Of a DNA stretch of 38,012 nt, positions 7,543 to 14,636 are shown piece after piece. The position numbers and the translations under genes are program-made. The DNA is from a virus (taxonomy: Duplodnaviria; Caudoviricetes): positions 1-38,012 of IMG/VR virus record IMGVR_UViG_3300032250_000034. The stretch is one strand, 5' to 3'. The notes beneath the pieces were generated by a model, which saw only the letters and a list, made by a program, of their open reading frames with translations, had not been told where the DNA came from and made no database searches. Each line of letters opens with the position of its first letter. Positions within the stretch are counted from its first letter, which is position 1.

Positions 7543-9303
7543 TTACATTCCTTCAGGGATTGTGGATTGTGGAACTTGCATAGCAAACGGATCAGTAAAC
7601 TGAACAGGAGTAGCACTTTGTAACTTTTTAATCTTTACAGTTGCTCCTGATAAACCTGAAACACTTTCTACTGTGTAATCTTCTCCAAGAACATTAGAAA
7701 CATATTCTTTTAATTCTTTTTGTGTGAAGCCTTTTTGAAATGTTCTTTCTTTACCAGAGCCTATAATAAAACCGTCTTCTGATTTAATTTTATTCTTAGC
7801 AGCATTTACTTCTGCTGCACTTCGTACATTAATGATTGCTTCTCCGTTAGGCATCAACGATCTACCAATGCTTGTCACTGCTTCGTTACGTTGCGTAGGA
7901 GGCAATACGTTTAAAACATTCATATTTACAACTTTATTAGCCACTGCCTCAGGAATATCAGCAGCGTTTGTAAAGTCTGGAGTAAAGTCTTTAGGAGGAA
8001 TTGGTTCAAAAGTTACCACATTCGCACCACGTTTACGAGCAGATGAAGACCCTAGACCCATACCAGCACCGTAGTCTAACACTGTATCTCCTTCGCCTAC
8101 GTTTAAAAGATCAAATGCTTTTTCATACGTAGGAGTGGTGTTAGATCGTTGAGTTCTTCCTGGATTAATAGTAAACTCACCCATAGATGCTTGCTGTCCT
8201 CCAGCACGAGGAGCAGTCATGTTATCGATTGTAATACCTGCTTTACGATTTAGAGGATCTGTCTCGATTGCTTGCATCGCAGGATTAGCAGCTCTTTCTG
8301 TAGCACTTAAACCACGACGCTGCTCAGTCTGACGAGCGAATACTTCTCCCGCTACACCCATATAATCTGAGATAGCTTGCTGATATGCTTGACTAGAAAT
8401 ATTTTTTATTTCAATTACACCAGCTAATGCTGGGTAGTTCTGAGCATTGGCAATGAACTTATCAGCCATGTCTTTACTTCTAAATGCTTTAGTTAAACTT
8501 GCACGAGCAGATAGTCCATCTTTAGCTGTGAAGCCAGCAATAGCATCAACGACTGAGTCTTTATCAAAACCGATGCCTTTAAATTGCTTAGCAAACTGTA
8601 AAGACTCAGGCAAAGCTTTAGCGATTACTAAAGGCATTGCTTCGTTAGATTGTGTAAATACTTGGTTTTCGTTAAGAGTCTTAGTAAAACTTTCACCCTT
8701 AGTAAAGAGTTCTTTACCTTGGACGTAGTGTTGGATTTCATGAACAGCAACATTTAATGGAGTGTCTGATTGTCTCCAGTCAGGATGTTGACGATTAAAC
8801 AGAATCATGTTCTGCTCAGGAGCGAATGCTGCTAATCGACTAGATGTAGGATCATCTAAGAAAGAAACTGTCACATCTCCAATATCTGGATATGCTTTCT
8901 TTAATACATCTGCTTTGAAAATTTCATCAAAAGTTAAAACTTCGTTTGCTGGTAGTTTATTAAGGTCTACACCTTTTCTAAGATCAACATTTTTATCGCT
9001 GATCTCTAACATTGCCTTGTTAGCTACAGGATCAAACGCTATGGCTTCTTTACCGTAGATTGTATTCCACTCCTCAGCAGGTAATTTAAACCAATCACGC
9101 TGTGCATTCTCTAAGAGATTCGTAGCTGCAGGAGCGTCAATCATACCTGCTGCTCCTAAGTTGCTAATACCTTCACGTCCAATAAACATCTCAGGGACTA
9201 GACTAGGTGCTACTCTGCTAGAACCTTTAAACAAGCCTTGTGCTTCTAAGTTATCTACTAACCCAGGAGCTACCATCCTAAACAAGCTACCAGTTATACT
9301 CAT
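7543..9303 (-). CDS. Polyvalent-type protein: LPD23-like domain + zincin metallopeptidase (HEIQH) fused to a class I SAM-dependent methyltransferase
   Basis: EISD...LKKAYP, HEIQHYVQ...YMGVAGEVFAR; C-terminal VLDYGAGMG, FEP, VNMNVLNV, DG...TFQKGFTQKEL. Confidence 0.75.
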   Translation of the reverse strand: MSITGSLFRMVAPGLVDNLEAQGLFKGSSRVAPSLVPEMFIGREGISNLGAAGMIDAPAATNLLENAQRDWFKLPAEEWNTIYGKEAIAFDPVANKAMLEISDKNVDLRKGVDLNKLPANEVLTFDEIFKADVLKKAYPDIGDVTVSFLDDPTSSRLAAFAPEQNMILFNRQHPDWRQSDTPLNVAVHEIQHYVQGKELFTKGESFTKTLNENQVFTQSNEAMPLVIAKALPESLQFAKQFKGIGFDKDSVVDAIAGFTAKDGLSARASLTKAFRSKDMADKFIANAQNYPALAGVIEIKNISSQAYQQAISDYMGVAGEVFARQTEQRRGLSATERAANPAMQAIETDPLNRKAGITIDNMTAPRAGGQQASMGEFTINPGRTQRSNTTPTYEKAFDLLNVGEGDTVLDYGAGMGLGSSSARKRGANVVTFEPIPPKDFTPDFTNAADIPEAVANKVVNMNVLNVLPPTQRNEAVTSIGRSLMPNGEAIINVRSAAEVNAAKNKIKSEDGFIIGSGKERTFQKGFTQKELKEYVSNVLGEDYTVESVSGLSGATVKIKKLQSATPVQFTDPFAMQVPQSTIPEGM

Positions 9304-10557
9304 TTAATATCCCGATATAAAGTCATTAGGTTCATATTCATCGTCCATGTCATCTGTAAAGTACGACGTTACAGCTAACTGATCGACATAAGATAAAGAA
9401 TCCACTAAGTCGTCATGCACCTGAGAGGTAGGGAACATTAGAAGCTGATCCACAAACTGTGTCCAATCCTCTTCTTCATTCAGTGTTACCTTACCGTGCT
9501 CGAATCGTCCTTGTAATGCCCAGACAATCCTCTCAGTCTTTTGTTTACCACCATGCGTTAAATCTTGTATCGTTGCGTAGACGTTGTTTGATCTCATTAG
9601 ATCACTGAGATAGGGCAGTACAGCGTTACGTACTGTTCCTCTTTCAATTCCTACACCTACTGGTTGAAAGTCTCTGATGTTCTTAAGAATCCTAGCTGCT
9701 GCATCCTTAACATCCCAGCGTCCATGCTCAATCTTCTTTATAAACCAGTCACCATCTTCAGTTACTTTTACTACTGCGATAGCTGATTCATCTAATTTCT
9801 TTGCTCTTGCGGAGGAGTAGTTAACATTAGTAAAACCTGCTAAGTCTATTGCTATGTAATAAACACCTTCACTAGGTTCTTCTCCATACCTTATCCATTG
9901 TTCTTTGAATAAGTCTGTTCCTGCGTTATCAAAGGAGGCTTCGTATTCCTGTTTAAAACTAAATGACGATAAAGTCTTTTTAGCTCCTTCAATCTCTTTC
10001 GGATCAATGAGCGGGTTATCTTTCGTTGTAAAGTGCCAGCTTTTCCACTCCTGATCCTCTTCAGAAGACCCCAAGTTATACATATCGTAGAACCAGTTGC
10101 GTCCCTTCGGAGTCCCAATAAAGAGTGCTTTACCCTTTTTGTCTGATAACGCAGCACGTAAGACCTTCTCCCAAGTATCTGGTTTAATGTCAGCTACCTC
10201 GTCCAAGACCAGGAATGTTAAGCTGACTCCACGCAAGGTATCTGGTCTATCAGCTCCTCTGACATAGATCTTAGCACCATTAATCAAAGTGATGTCCATG
10301 TTATTTACATGGGAGTTTGTTATCACTTCTCTGCCAAGATCCATTAGCAAGTCCCAGATAATCTGTCTGGCTTGTCCTTGCGTAGGAGCTACGTACATAA
10401 CCGCACTACCTGCTGGACATCTCAGTCCCTCTACCAAGAGGGCTACTGCTGAGAGTCTACTCTTTCCACAGCGACGACCTGCTACGATTACCTTAAACCT
10501 AGTGTCGTCACTAAATACTTTCTTTTGCCAGGGCAGGAGCTCGAAATTAAGATTCAT
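9304..10557 (-). CDS. terL: Terminase large subunit
   Basis: Walker A AGRRCGKS, Walker B LVLDE, GTPKG motif, nuclease IAIDLA...HDDLVDSLSY. Confidence 0.96.
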   Translation of the reverse strand: MNLNFELLPWQKKVFSDDTRFKVIVAGRRCGKSRLSAVALLVEGLRCPAGSAVMYVAPTQGQARQIIWDLLMDLGREVITNSHVNNMDITLINGAKIYVRGADRPDTLRGVSLTFLVLDEVADIKPDTWEKVLRAALSDKKGKALFIGTPKGRNWFYDMYNLGSSEEDQEWKSWHFTTKDNPLIDPKEIEGAKKTLSSFSFKQEYEASFDNAGTDLFKEQWIRYGEEPSEGVYYIAIDLAGFTNVNYSSARAKKLDESAIAVVKVTEDGDWFIKKIEHGRWDVKDAAARILKNIRDFQPVGVGIERGTVRNAVLPYLSDLMRSNNVYATIQDLTHGGKQKTERIVWALQGRFEHGKVTLNEEEDWTQFVDQLLMFPTSQVHDDLVDSLSYVDQLAVTSYFTDDMDDEYEPNDFISGY

Positions 10558-10939
10558 CTTCGTCTTCCATGTCGATGGTCTCTACAGCTTCCACCTTAGT
10601 CTCACCCAAGCCAGTGATGTTAATTGTTACAGCATTCCGCTGACCCTTAGCATCCTTTTCAAAGAGTGAGACAGGTAGAAGTCTGTCCATGCACATCTTT
10701 AGACATGCTATCTGATCTTTATCTTCATCGTCCAAGGCTTTTCTTAAGACAGTGTCTATAACCTTAGTTCCAGTAGTACTCAGGAGTCTTGCTTTGAATT
10801 CAGCGATCCTTCCTGTGTCGCCCTGGGGACGACCTACCTTGCCTCTTTTACGCTTCGCTTCTACGACAGCCTTAGGTGGACGACCCCTACGAGGTATAGA
10901 CACAACAACCTGATTGTCTTCTTTTTCTTCTAAGTCCAC
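10547..10939 (-). CDS. Probable terminase small subunit
   Basis: Immediately upstream of and overlapping TerL; basic RRGRPPK/GRP DNA-binding N-terminus; helical core. Confidence 0.7.
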   Translation of the reverse strand: MDLEEKEDNQVVVSIPRRGRPPKAVVEAKRKRGKVGRPQGDTGRIAEFKARLLSTTGTKVIDTVLRKALDDEDKDQIACLKMCMDRLLPVSLFEKDAKGQRNAVTINITGLGETKVEAVETIDMEDEDES

Positions 10940-11012
10940 TCTAAGCCTTTTCCTACGTAAGTAGAGACTAACATTTAAAAATTACTACTCTTCTAAGTTT
11001 ACTTTTAAGTTA

Positions 11013-11067
11013 ACTAAGTAGTTTTTATATTGTTTGTTTTTTATATTGTATTTACTTAGGAGCTAAC
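11013..11067. repeat. AT-rich imperfect direct repeat, copy A
   Basis: actaagtagtttttatattgtttgttttttatattgtatt-tacttaggagctaac aligns with 14892-14958. Confidence 0.75.
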
Positions 11068-11094
11068 ATAGCGTTTTTTCTCCTTAGTACAACT

Positions 11095-11123
11095 ATTATA
11101 CCATACTTATGAGAATTTGTCAA
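11095..11123 (-). promoter_or_regulatory. sigma70 promoter for the terminase/late arm
   Basis: TTGACA-aattctcataagtatgg(17)-TATAAT, perfect consensus. Confidence 0.9.
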
Positions 11124-11263
11124 GTAATATTTTACTATACCCACTATGTAGCACGTCTCACATGCGGGTCTACCCAGTAAACTAGCACGTATTCCGCAAG
11201 TGTAGCTAACTAGCCTTTATTATTCACTATCGTAGTTCATCTTCTGTTATCTCCTACGATTAC

Positions 11264-11276
11264 TAACTCATTGATT
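11264..11276 (-). promoter_or_regulatory. Candidate IHF binding site
   Basis: Minus strand AATCAATGAGTTA matches WATCAANNNNTTR, in the non-coding region upstream of the terminase genes. Confidence 0.45.
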
Positions 11277-11439
11277 TATATAGTATTCCTTATCTGTTGT
11301 CTTCTGTCGTTAACTTCTTCTAATATGCTCAATTATTAAGCACTTCTTAATTTAACTTTTTAGGTGTTTCAGAGGGTTCTAACGCTCTAGTTTGTTTGTG
11401 TAGCCCCCTCCCCCTAGCATACTTTCGAGCATATGTCAA

Positions 11440-11461
11440 TAGGGGTTTTCCCTAATAGACA
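11440..11461 (+). promoter_or_regulatory. TAGGG-palindrome copy 1 plus -35-like TAGACA
   Basis: TAGGGGTTTTCCCTA-a-TAGACA; no convincing -10. Confidence 0.55.
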
Positions 11462-11543
11462 AACTAGCTAGAATCTGCTAAGTGAGGGAGTTATAGTGTC
11501 ACTCTATCGCTATCCAGGACTCAATAGACCAAACCTATAATAC

Positions 11544-11587
11544 TAGGGTTTATACCTATATACTTACCTGGTAGCTTGTGAGATACT
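11544..11587 (+). promoter_or_regulatory. Early promoter with TAGGG-palindrome copy 2
   Basis: TAGGGTTTATACCTA-TATACT-N17-GATACT with TG extension, upstream of 11619. Confidence 0.65.
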
Positions 11588-11618
11588 ACCACTGTAGTCA
11601 ACTAATGGAGGTAATACA

Positions 11619-11864
11619 ATGAAATTCACATTCTTAAAACTAATTGAGCAAAAGAAAGTAGTACCAATGGCTTTATTACCTGACCAGGCTAACGATAAGT
11701 TTACCTGGCAGATCGACGATACCGACGTGCTAGAGTATGATCCTAAGACTAAGCAATTCAGTTTAGAAGTATACGATTTTATCGATGATGACTATGAGCT
11801 AATCAATACCTTAGGGCATGATGACGCTTACCAGGTAGCACTAGAGAATAACATAGTATACTAA
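11619..11864 (+). CDS. Early hypothetical protein (acidic)
   Basis: GGAGG RBS; first gene of the + arm. Confidence 0.8.
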   Translation: MKFTFLKLIEQKKVVPMALLPDQANDKFTWQIDDTDVLEYDPKTKQFSLEVYDFIDDDYELINTLGHDDAYQVALENNIVY

Positions 11865-11906
11865 GGGTTTGCCCTAGTTGACTTAATCAGTTGACTAGGG
11901 TATTCT
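11862..11906 (+). promoter_or_regulatory. Early promoter with TAGGG-palindrome copy 3
   Basis: TAAGGGTTTGCCCTA-g-TTGACT-N17-TATTCT. Confidence 0.7.
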
Positions 11907-11927
11907 TAAAACACTACAGGAGGGTTT

Positions 11928-12053
11928 ATGGAATTAACTTTAAAAGAGCGTAACATTTTGATGGAGTTACTTTGGTTAGAATACAAGACTTCGGAAAGTA
12001 TTCAACGCCAGGAAGAAGCTAAACAATTACATGATAAAATATTGGAGGGTTAA
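11928..12053 (+). CDS. Early hypothetical microprotein, 41 aa (MELTLKERNILMELLWLEY...ILEG)
   Basis: AGGAGG RBS; below the ORF-track cutoff; translated by hand. Confidence 0.75.
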   Translation: MELTLKERNILMELLWLEYKTSESIQRQEEAKQLHDKILEG

Positions 12054-12055
12054 TC

Positions 12056-12253
12056 ATGCAAATAGAATTAGGAATTGAAGATCGTAGATTATTGCTACAA
12101 GGTATTTGGAAGGAGTTAACCCATTACCAAGGAATTATTGATAGCAACAAAGGGCATGCAATAGCGTTAGAGCATGCAAGTAATATGCAAAAGAAGTTAT
12201 GGATTTTAGAAGAGAAAATGCTAGGTAATCATCATTTAATTGGAAAGGGTTAG
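12056..12253 (+). CDS. Early hypothetical protein
   Basis: GGAGG RBS; tight packing. Confidence 0.75.
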   Translation: MQIELGIEDRRLLLQGIWKELTHYQGIIDSNKGHAIALEHASNMQKKLWILEEKMLGNHHLIGKG

Positions 12254-12256
12254 GGT

Positions 12257-12397
12257 ATGTACCAATTTACAGTTAATGGAAAAGACTTTAAATTTAAGAC
12301 ATTAAAAGAAGCAAGGTATTATGCACAATTTAATGAAGGCTTTACAATTATTAAAAAGGTAAACAAAAATGCAAGTACACTTAACATTAAAATCTAG
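12257..12397 (+). CDS. Early hypothetical microprotein, 46 aa (MYQFTVNGKDFKFKTLKEARYYA...)
   Basis: ATG 3 nt after the upstream stop; fills the gap; translated by hand. Confidence 0.6.
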   Translation: MYQFTVNGKDFKFKTLKEARYYAQFNEGFTIIKKVNKNASTLNIKI

Positions 12398-13046
12398 CAA
12401 TACTAAAACTGGTAAGATACCAGTAAGCACTACTAGCAAGCATTCATGCCCAGATACGTGCTCGTTTAAAGAAGGTGGTTGTTATGCATTAGACTATCAC
12501 CTTAACATGCATTGGAATAAAGTAACCAACGAAGAGCGTGGTACTGATTGGGATACGTTTTGCACTACTGTATCAGGTTTTAAACCAGGGCAATTGTGGA
12601 GACATAATCAAGCAGGAGACTTGCCAGGGCAAAACAATTTAATCGATAGTGCTAAGCTTAAAGCATTGGTACAGGCAAACCATGGTAAAAGAGGGTTTAC
12701 TTATACCCATTATCCTAGAGTAGGAGACAATGCTATAGCTATCAAGCAAGCTAATGCTCAAGGGTTTACAATAAACGCAAGCACTGAAAGCATTACAGAA
12801 GCAGATCAAGCATACAATGAAGGGTATCCTACTACTGTAGTATTAGAAGGTCATAGCGACGCTGTAAGCACGTTTAAAACCCCTTCAGGTAATACAGTGG
12901 CAATATGCCCAGCACAATTAAAAGACAATGTAACTTGTGAGACTTGTGCATTGTGTCAAAAATCAGAGCGTAAAGTTATTGTAGGATTTATCGCTCATGG
13001 TAGTAGTAAAGCTAAGGTAATCAAGATTATAGCAACTAAGGGTTAA
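12369..13046 (+). CDS. Cys-rich Gp88-like / radical-SAM-like putative Fe-S protein
   Basis: N-KTG..P, CPDTC-x6-CYA, WRHNQAGD, FTYTH, INAS, C-terminal CPAQ...CETCALC. Confidence 0.65.
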   Translation: MQVHLTLKSSNTKTGKIPVSTTSKHSCPDTCSFKEGGCYALDYHLNMHWNKVTNEERGTDWDTFCTTVSGFKPGQLWRHNQAGDLPGQNNLIDSAKLKALVQANHGKRGFTYTHYPRVGDNAIAIKQANAQGFTINASTESITEADQAYNEGYPTTVVLEGHSDAVSTFKTPSGNTVAICPAQLKDNVTCETCALCQKSERKVIVGFIAHGSSKAKVIKIIATKG

Positions 13047-13080
13047 CACCTATAGACAATGTAATAAATTGTAGTATACT
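13038..13080 (+). promoter_or_regulatory. Early promoter with TAGGG-palindrome copy 4
   Basis: AAGGGTTAACACCTA-TAGACA-N16-TATACT. Confidence 0.7.
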
Positions 13081-13112
13081 TGTATCATCAACTAAGCAAA
13101 GGAGAATTAAAA

Positions 13113-13319
13113 ATGTTAGTATTCAAGTACGCAAGTAAGAAGGATTTAAAAGCTAATGTAGGTCAACGATTAAAGTATATAGAGACTAGTATTTTTGGTA
13201 ATGAATATGTTAGTACAGGTAAAATAGTAGGTGCTAATCGTCCGCATATTACAGGAATGGGAAGAGAGTTTTTTGCCGAAGTTACTATGAATGATGGATT
13301 AATTGTAGGAGTTAAATAA
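13113..13319 (+). CDS. Phage hypothetical protein (MLVFKYASKKDLKANVG...)
   Basis: AAGGAG RBS supports ATG 13113 rather than TTG 13080. Confidence 0.8.
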   Translation: MLVFKYASKKDLKANVGQRLKYIETSIFGNEYVSTGKIVGANRPHITGMGREFFAEVTMNDGLIVGVK

Positions 13320-13323
13320 GATA

Positions 13324-13370
13324 CTATAGGGGTTTTCCCCTATAGACAATGCAGTAATTTATGATAGAAT
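13324..13370 (+). promoter_or_regulatory. Early promoter with TAGGG-palindrome copy 5
   Basis: Perfect inverted repeat CTATAGGGG-TTTT-CCCCTATAG overlapping TAGACA-N16-TAGAAT (TG extended). Confidence 0.75.
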
Positions 13371-13394
13371 GTATTTAACTTAGGAGATTGTATA

Positions 13395-13568
13395 ATGAAC
13401 AGCAAAGCAAGTCATAAAGATTTATTAGATTTTATCTTAGGATATAAAGAGGATATGTGGGGCTATGATACGGAGGATTATAAATACTGGGAAGAGTACT
13501 TGACAGAGTTACCGAAGTGTGATTTAATTGAAGAGTTGATTGATCATAAACTAACGGAGGAAATATGA
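13395..13568 (+). CDS. Acidic early microprotein, 57 aa (MNSKASHKDLLDFILGYKEDMWGYDTED...)
   Basis: AGGAG RBS; ATGA overlap with the next gene; translated by hand. Confidence 0.8.
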   Translation: MNSKASHKDLLDFILGYKEDMWGYDTEDYKYWEEYLTELPKCDLIEELIDHKLTEEI

Positions 13569-13804
13569 GCGTATGTAATCAGATTAAAGAAATTGTATTT
13601 GATGGTCGTAAGCCTAGCTATACTCAGGTAATGAAAGCAGTTAATGAAGAGATTAGCCAAGGTAATACTGATATCACTGTACTATGGGGCGAGAATTGGA
13701 TAGACTTATACTTTGATCATAGAGTTAATCAATGGTTTGGTAGTGGGTGGATAAGAGATATTGACGGGTCTTATATCGCTACTGAGCTCAATACATTTTC
13801 ATAA
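13565..13804 (+). CDS. Early hypothetical protein
   Basis: GGAGG RBS; ATGA coupling. Confidence 0.8.
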   Translation: MSVCNQIKEIVFDGRKPSYTQVMKAVNEEISQGNTDITVLWGENWIDLYFDHRVNQWFGSGWIRDIDGSYIATELNTFS

Positions 13805-13814
13805 TGGAGGATTC

Positions 13815-14048
13815 ATGAGTAAGATTAATCACCTTAAACGAATTGCTGATATACTTTGGAATAGGTTTGATGAAGAGATTAAATACCAGGGAGATTGGTT
13901 TTGGGCTACTCGTAACTGGGAGATTAACTTTACACTGGAGGATGACCACGAAAGTATTGTCGCTTACCCTCGTAAGGGAGGTGATACAGATTGGAGTAAA
14001 CCTATTGTACTATCAGAGAGGATTAGAAAATGGAAGACGATAGTTTAA
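13815..14048 (+). CDS. Early hypothetical protein (MSKINHLKRIADILW...)
   Basis: GGAGG RBS before ATG 13815. Confidence 0.75.
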   Translation: MSKINHLKRIADILWNRFDEEIKYQGDWFWATRNWEINFTLEDDHESIVAYPRKGGDTDWSKPIVLSERIRKWKTIV

Positions 14049-14221
14049 GTAAATGTAATGTATGCTCTTGTGAATTCTCTCTTGATGGTGAGGGAGGGAT
14101 TGACGGATACTTTGGAATACTGTATGTTGCATTCTGTCCCACATGCTTTGCTAGTATGGAAGATATGTGTAATCAATTAAGACAATACCATGAGGAGATT
14201 GAAGATGAACCGATACAATAA
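14030..14221 (+). CDS. Small CxxC...CxxC zinc-finger protein
   Basis: CNVC...CPTC; GAGG RBS. Confidence 0.75.
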   Translation: MEDDSLSKCNVCSCEFSLDGEGGIDGYFGILYVAFCPTCFASMEDMCNQLRQYHEEIEDEPIQ

Positions 14222-14330
14222 CGATAGTTACTATGAACCAGAAGACGAGTTAACTGAGGAGGAATTAGAAGAGCTAGAGCTCGAGCTAGATGAGACAGAC
14301 TTTATCGATGAGGATGATTGGTATGATTAA
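14205..14330 (+). CDS. Hyper-acidic 41-aa microprotein
   Basis: MNRYNNDSYYEPEDELTEEELEELELELDETDFIDEDDWYD; GAGGAG RBS; translated by hand. Confidence 0.75.
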   Translation: MNRYNNDSYYEPEDELTEEELEELELELDETDFIDEDDWYD

Positions 14331-14448
14331 TAACGAAGACAAGTACATTAAATATATTTTATGGTTTGCACTTGCTTACTTTGGTGGTCATGTGCTATAC
14401 TATATCGGGTTAGAATTATCTTGTTACTTATACGGAGTACTACAATGA
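14323..14448 (+). CDS. Small membrane protein, 41 aa (MINNEDKYIKYILWFALAYFGGHVLYYIGL...)
   Basis: GAGGA RBS; hydrophobic stretch; ATGA overlap with the next gene. Confidence 0.65.
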   Translation: MINNEDKYIKYILWFALAYFGGHVLYYIGLELSCYLYGVLQ

Positions 14449-14636
14449 AAAAGCTATATAAGATTTTAGATTATGATGGTTCAGTTGTTAGAATCTTTGG
14501 TTATAAAGAAGAAGCAGAGAGATTCCTAAGACTAGATAAAAGCTTTAAGATTCAAGTACTTATGATGGAGAAGAAGAAAACTGTAGACAATAAATTTAAC
14601 TGGGCTTATAAGAACTTAGGAGATGCACTGCTATGA
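14445..14636 (+). CDS. Hypothetical protein (MKKLYKILDYDG...)
   Basis: GGAG RBS; ATGA coupling at both ends. Confidence 0.75.
   Translation: MKKLYKILDYDGSVVRIFGYKEEAERFLRLDKSFKIQVLMMEKKKTVDNKFNWAYKNLGDALL

Noticed and set aside
5538-10669. Several + strand ORFs within portal, polyvalent protein and terminase genes
   Set aside because: Antisense shadows without recognisable motifs
11411-11439. Additional leftward promoter starting TTGACA at 11439
   Set aside because: The hexamer 17 nt downstream is TAGGGG, not a usable -10
11440-13345. CRISPR or mini-array interpretation of the TAGGG repeats
   Set aside because: Repeats are about 15 bp, degenerate, irregularly spaced and separated by genes
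14361-14444. Long N-terminus of ORF 14361..14636
   Set aside because: RBS and ATGA coupling support the start at 14445; a different-frame gene (14323..14448) occupies this stretch
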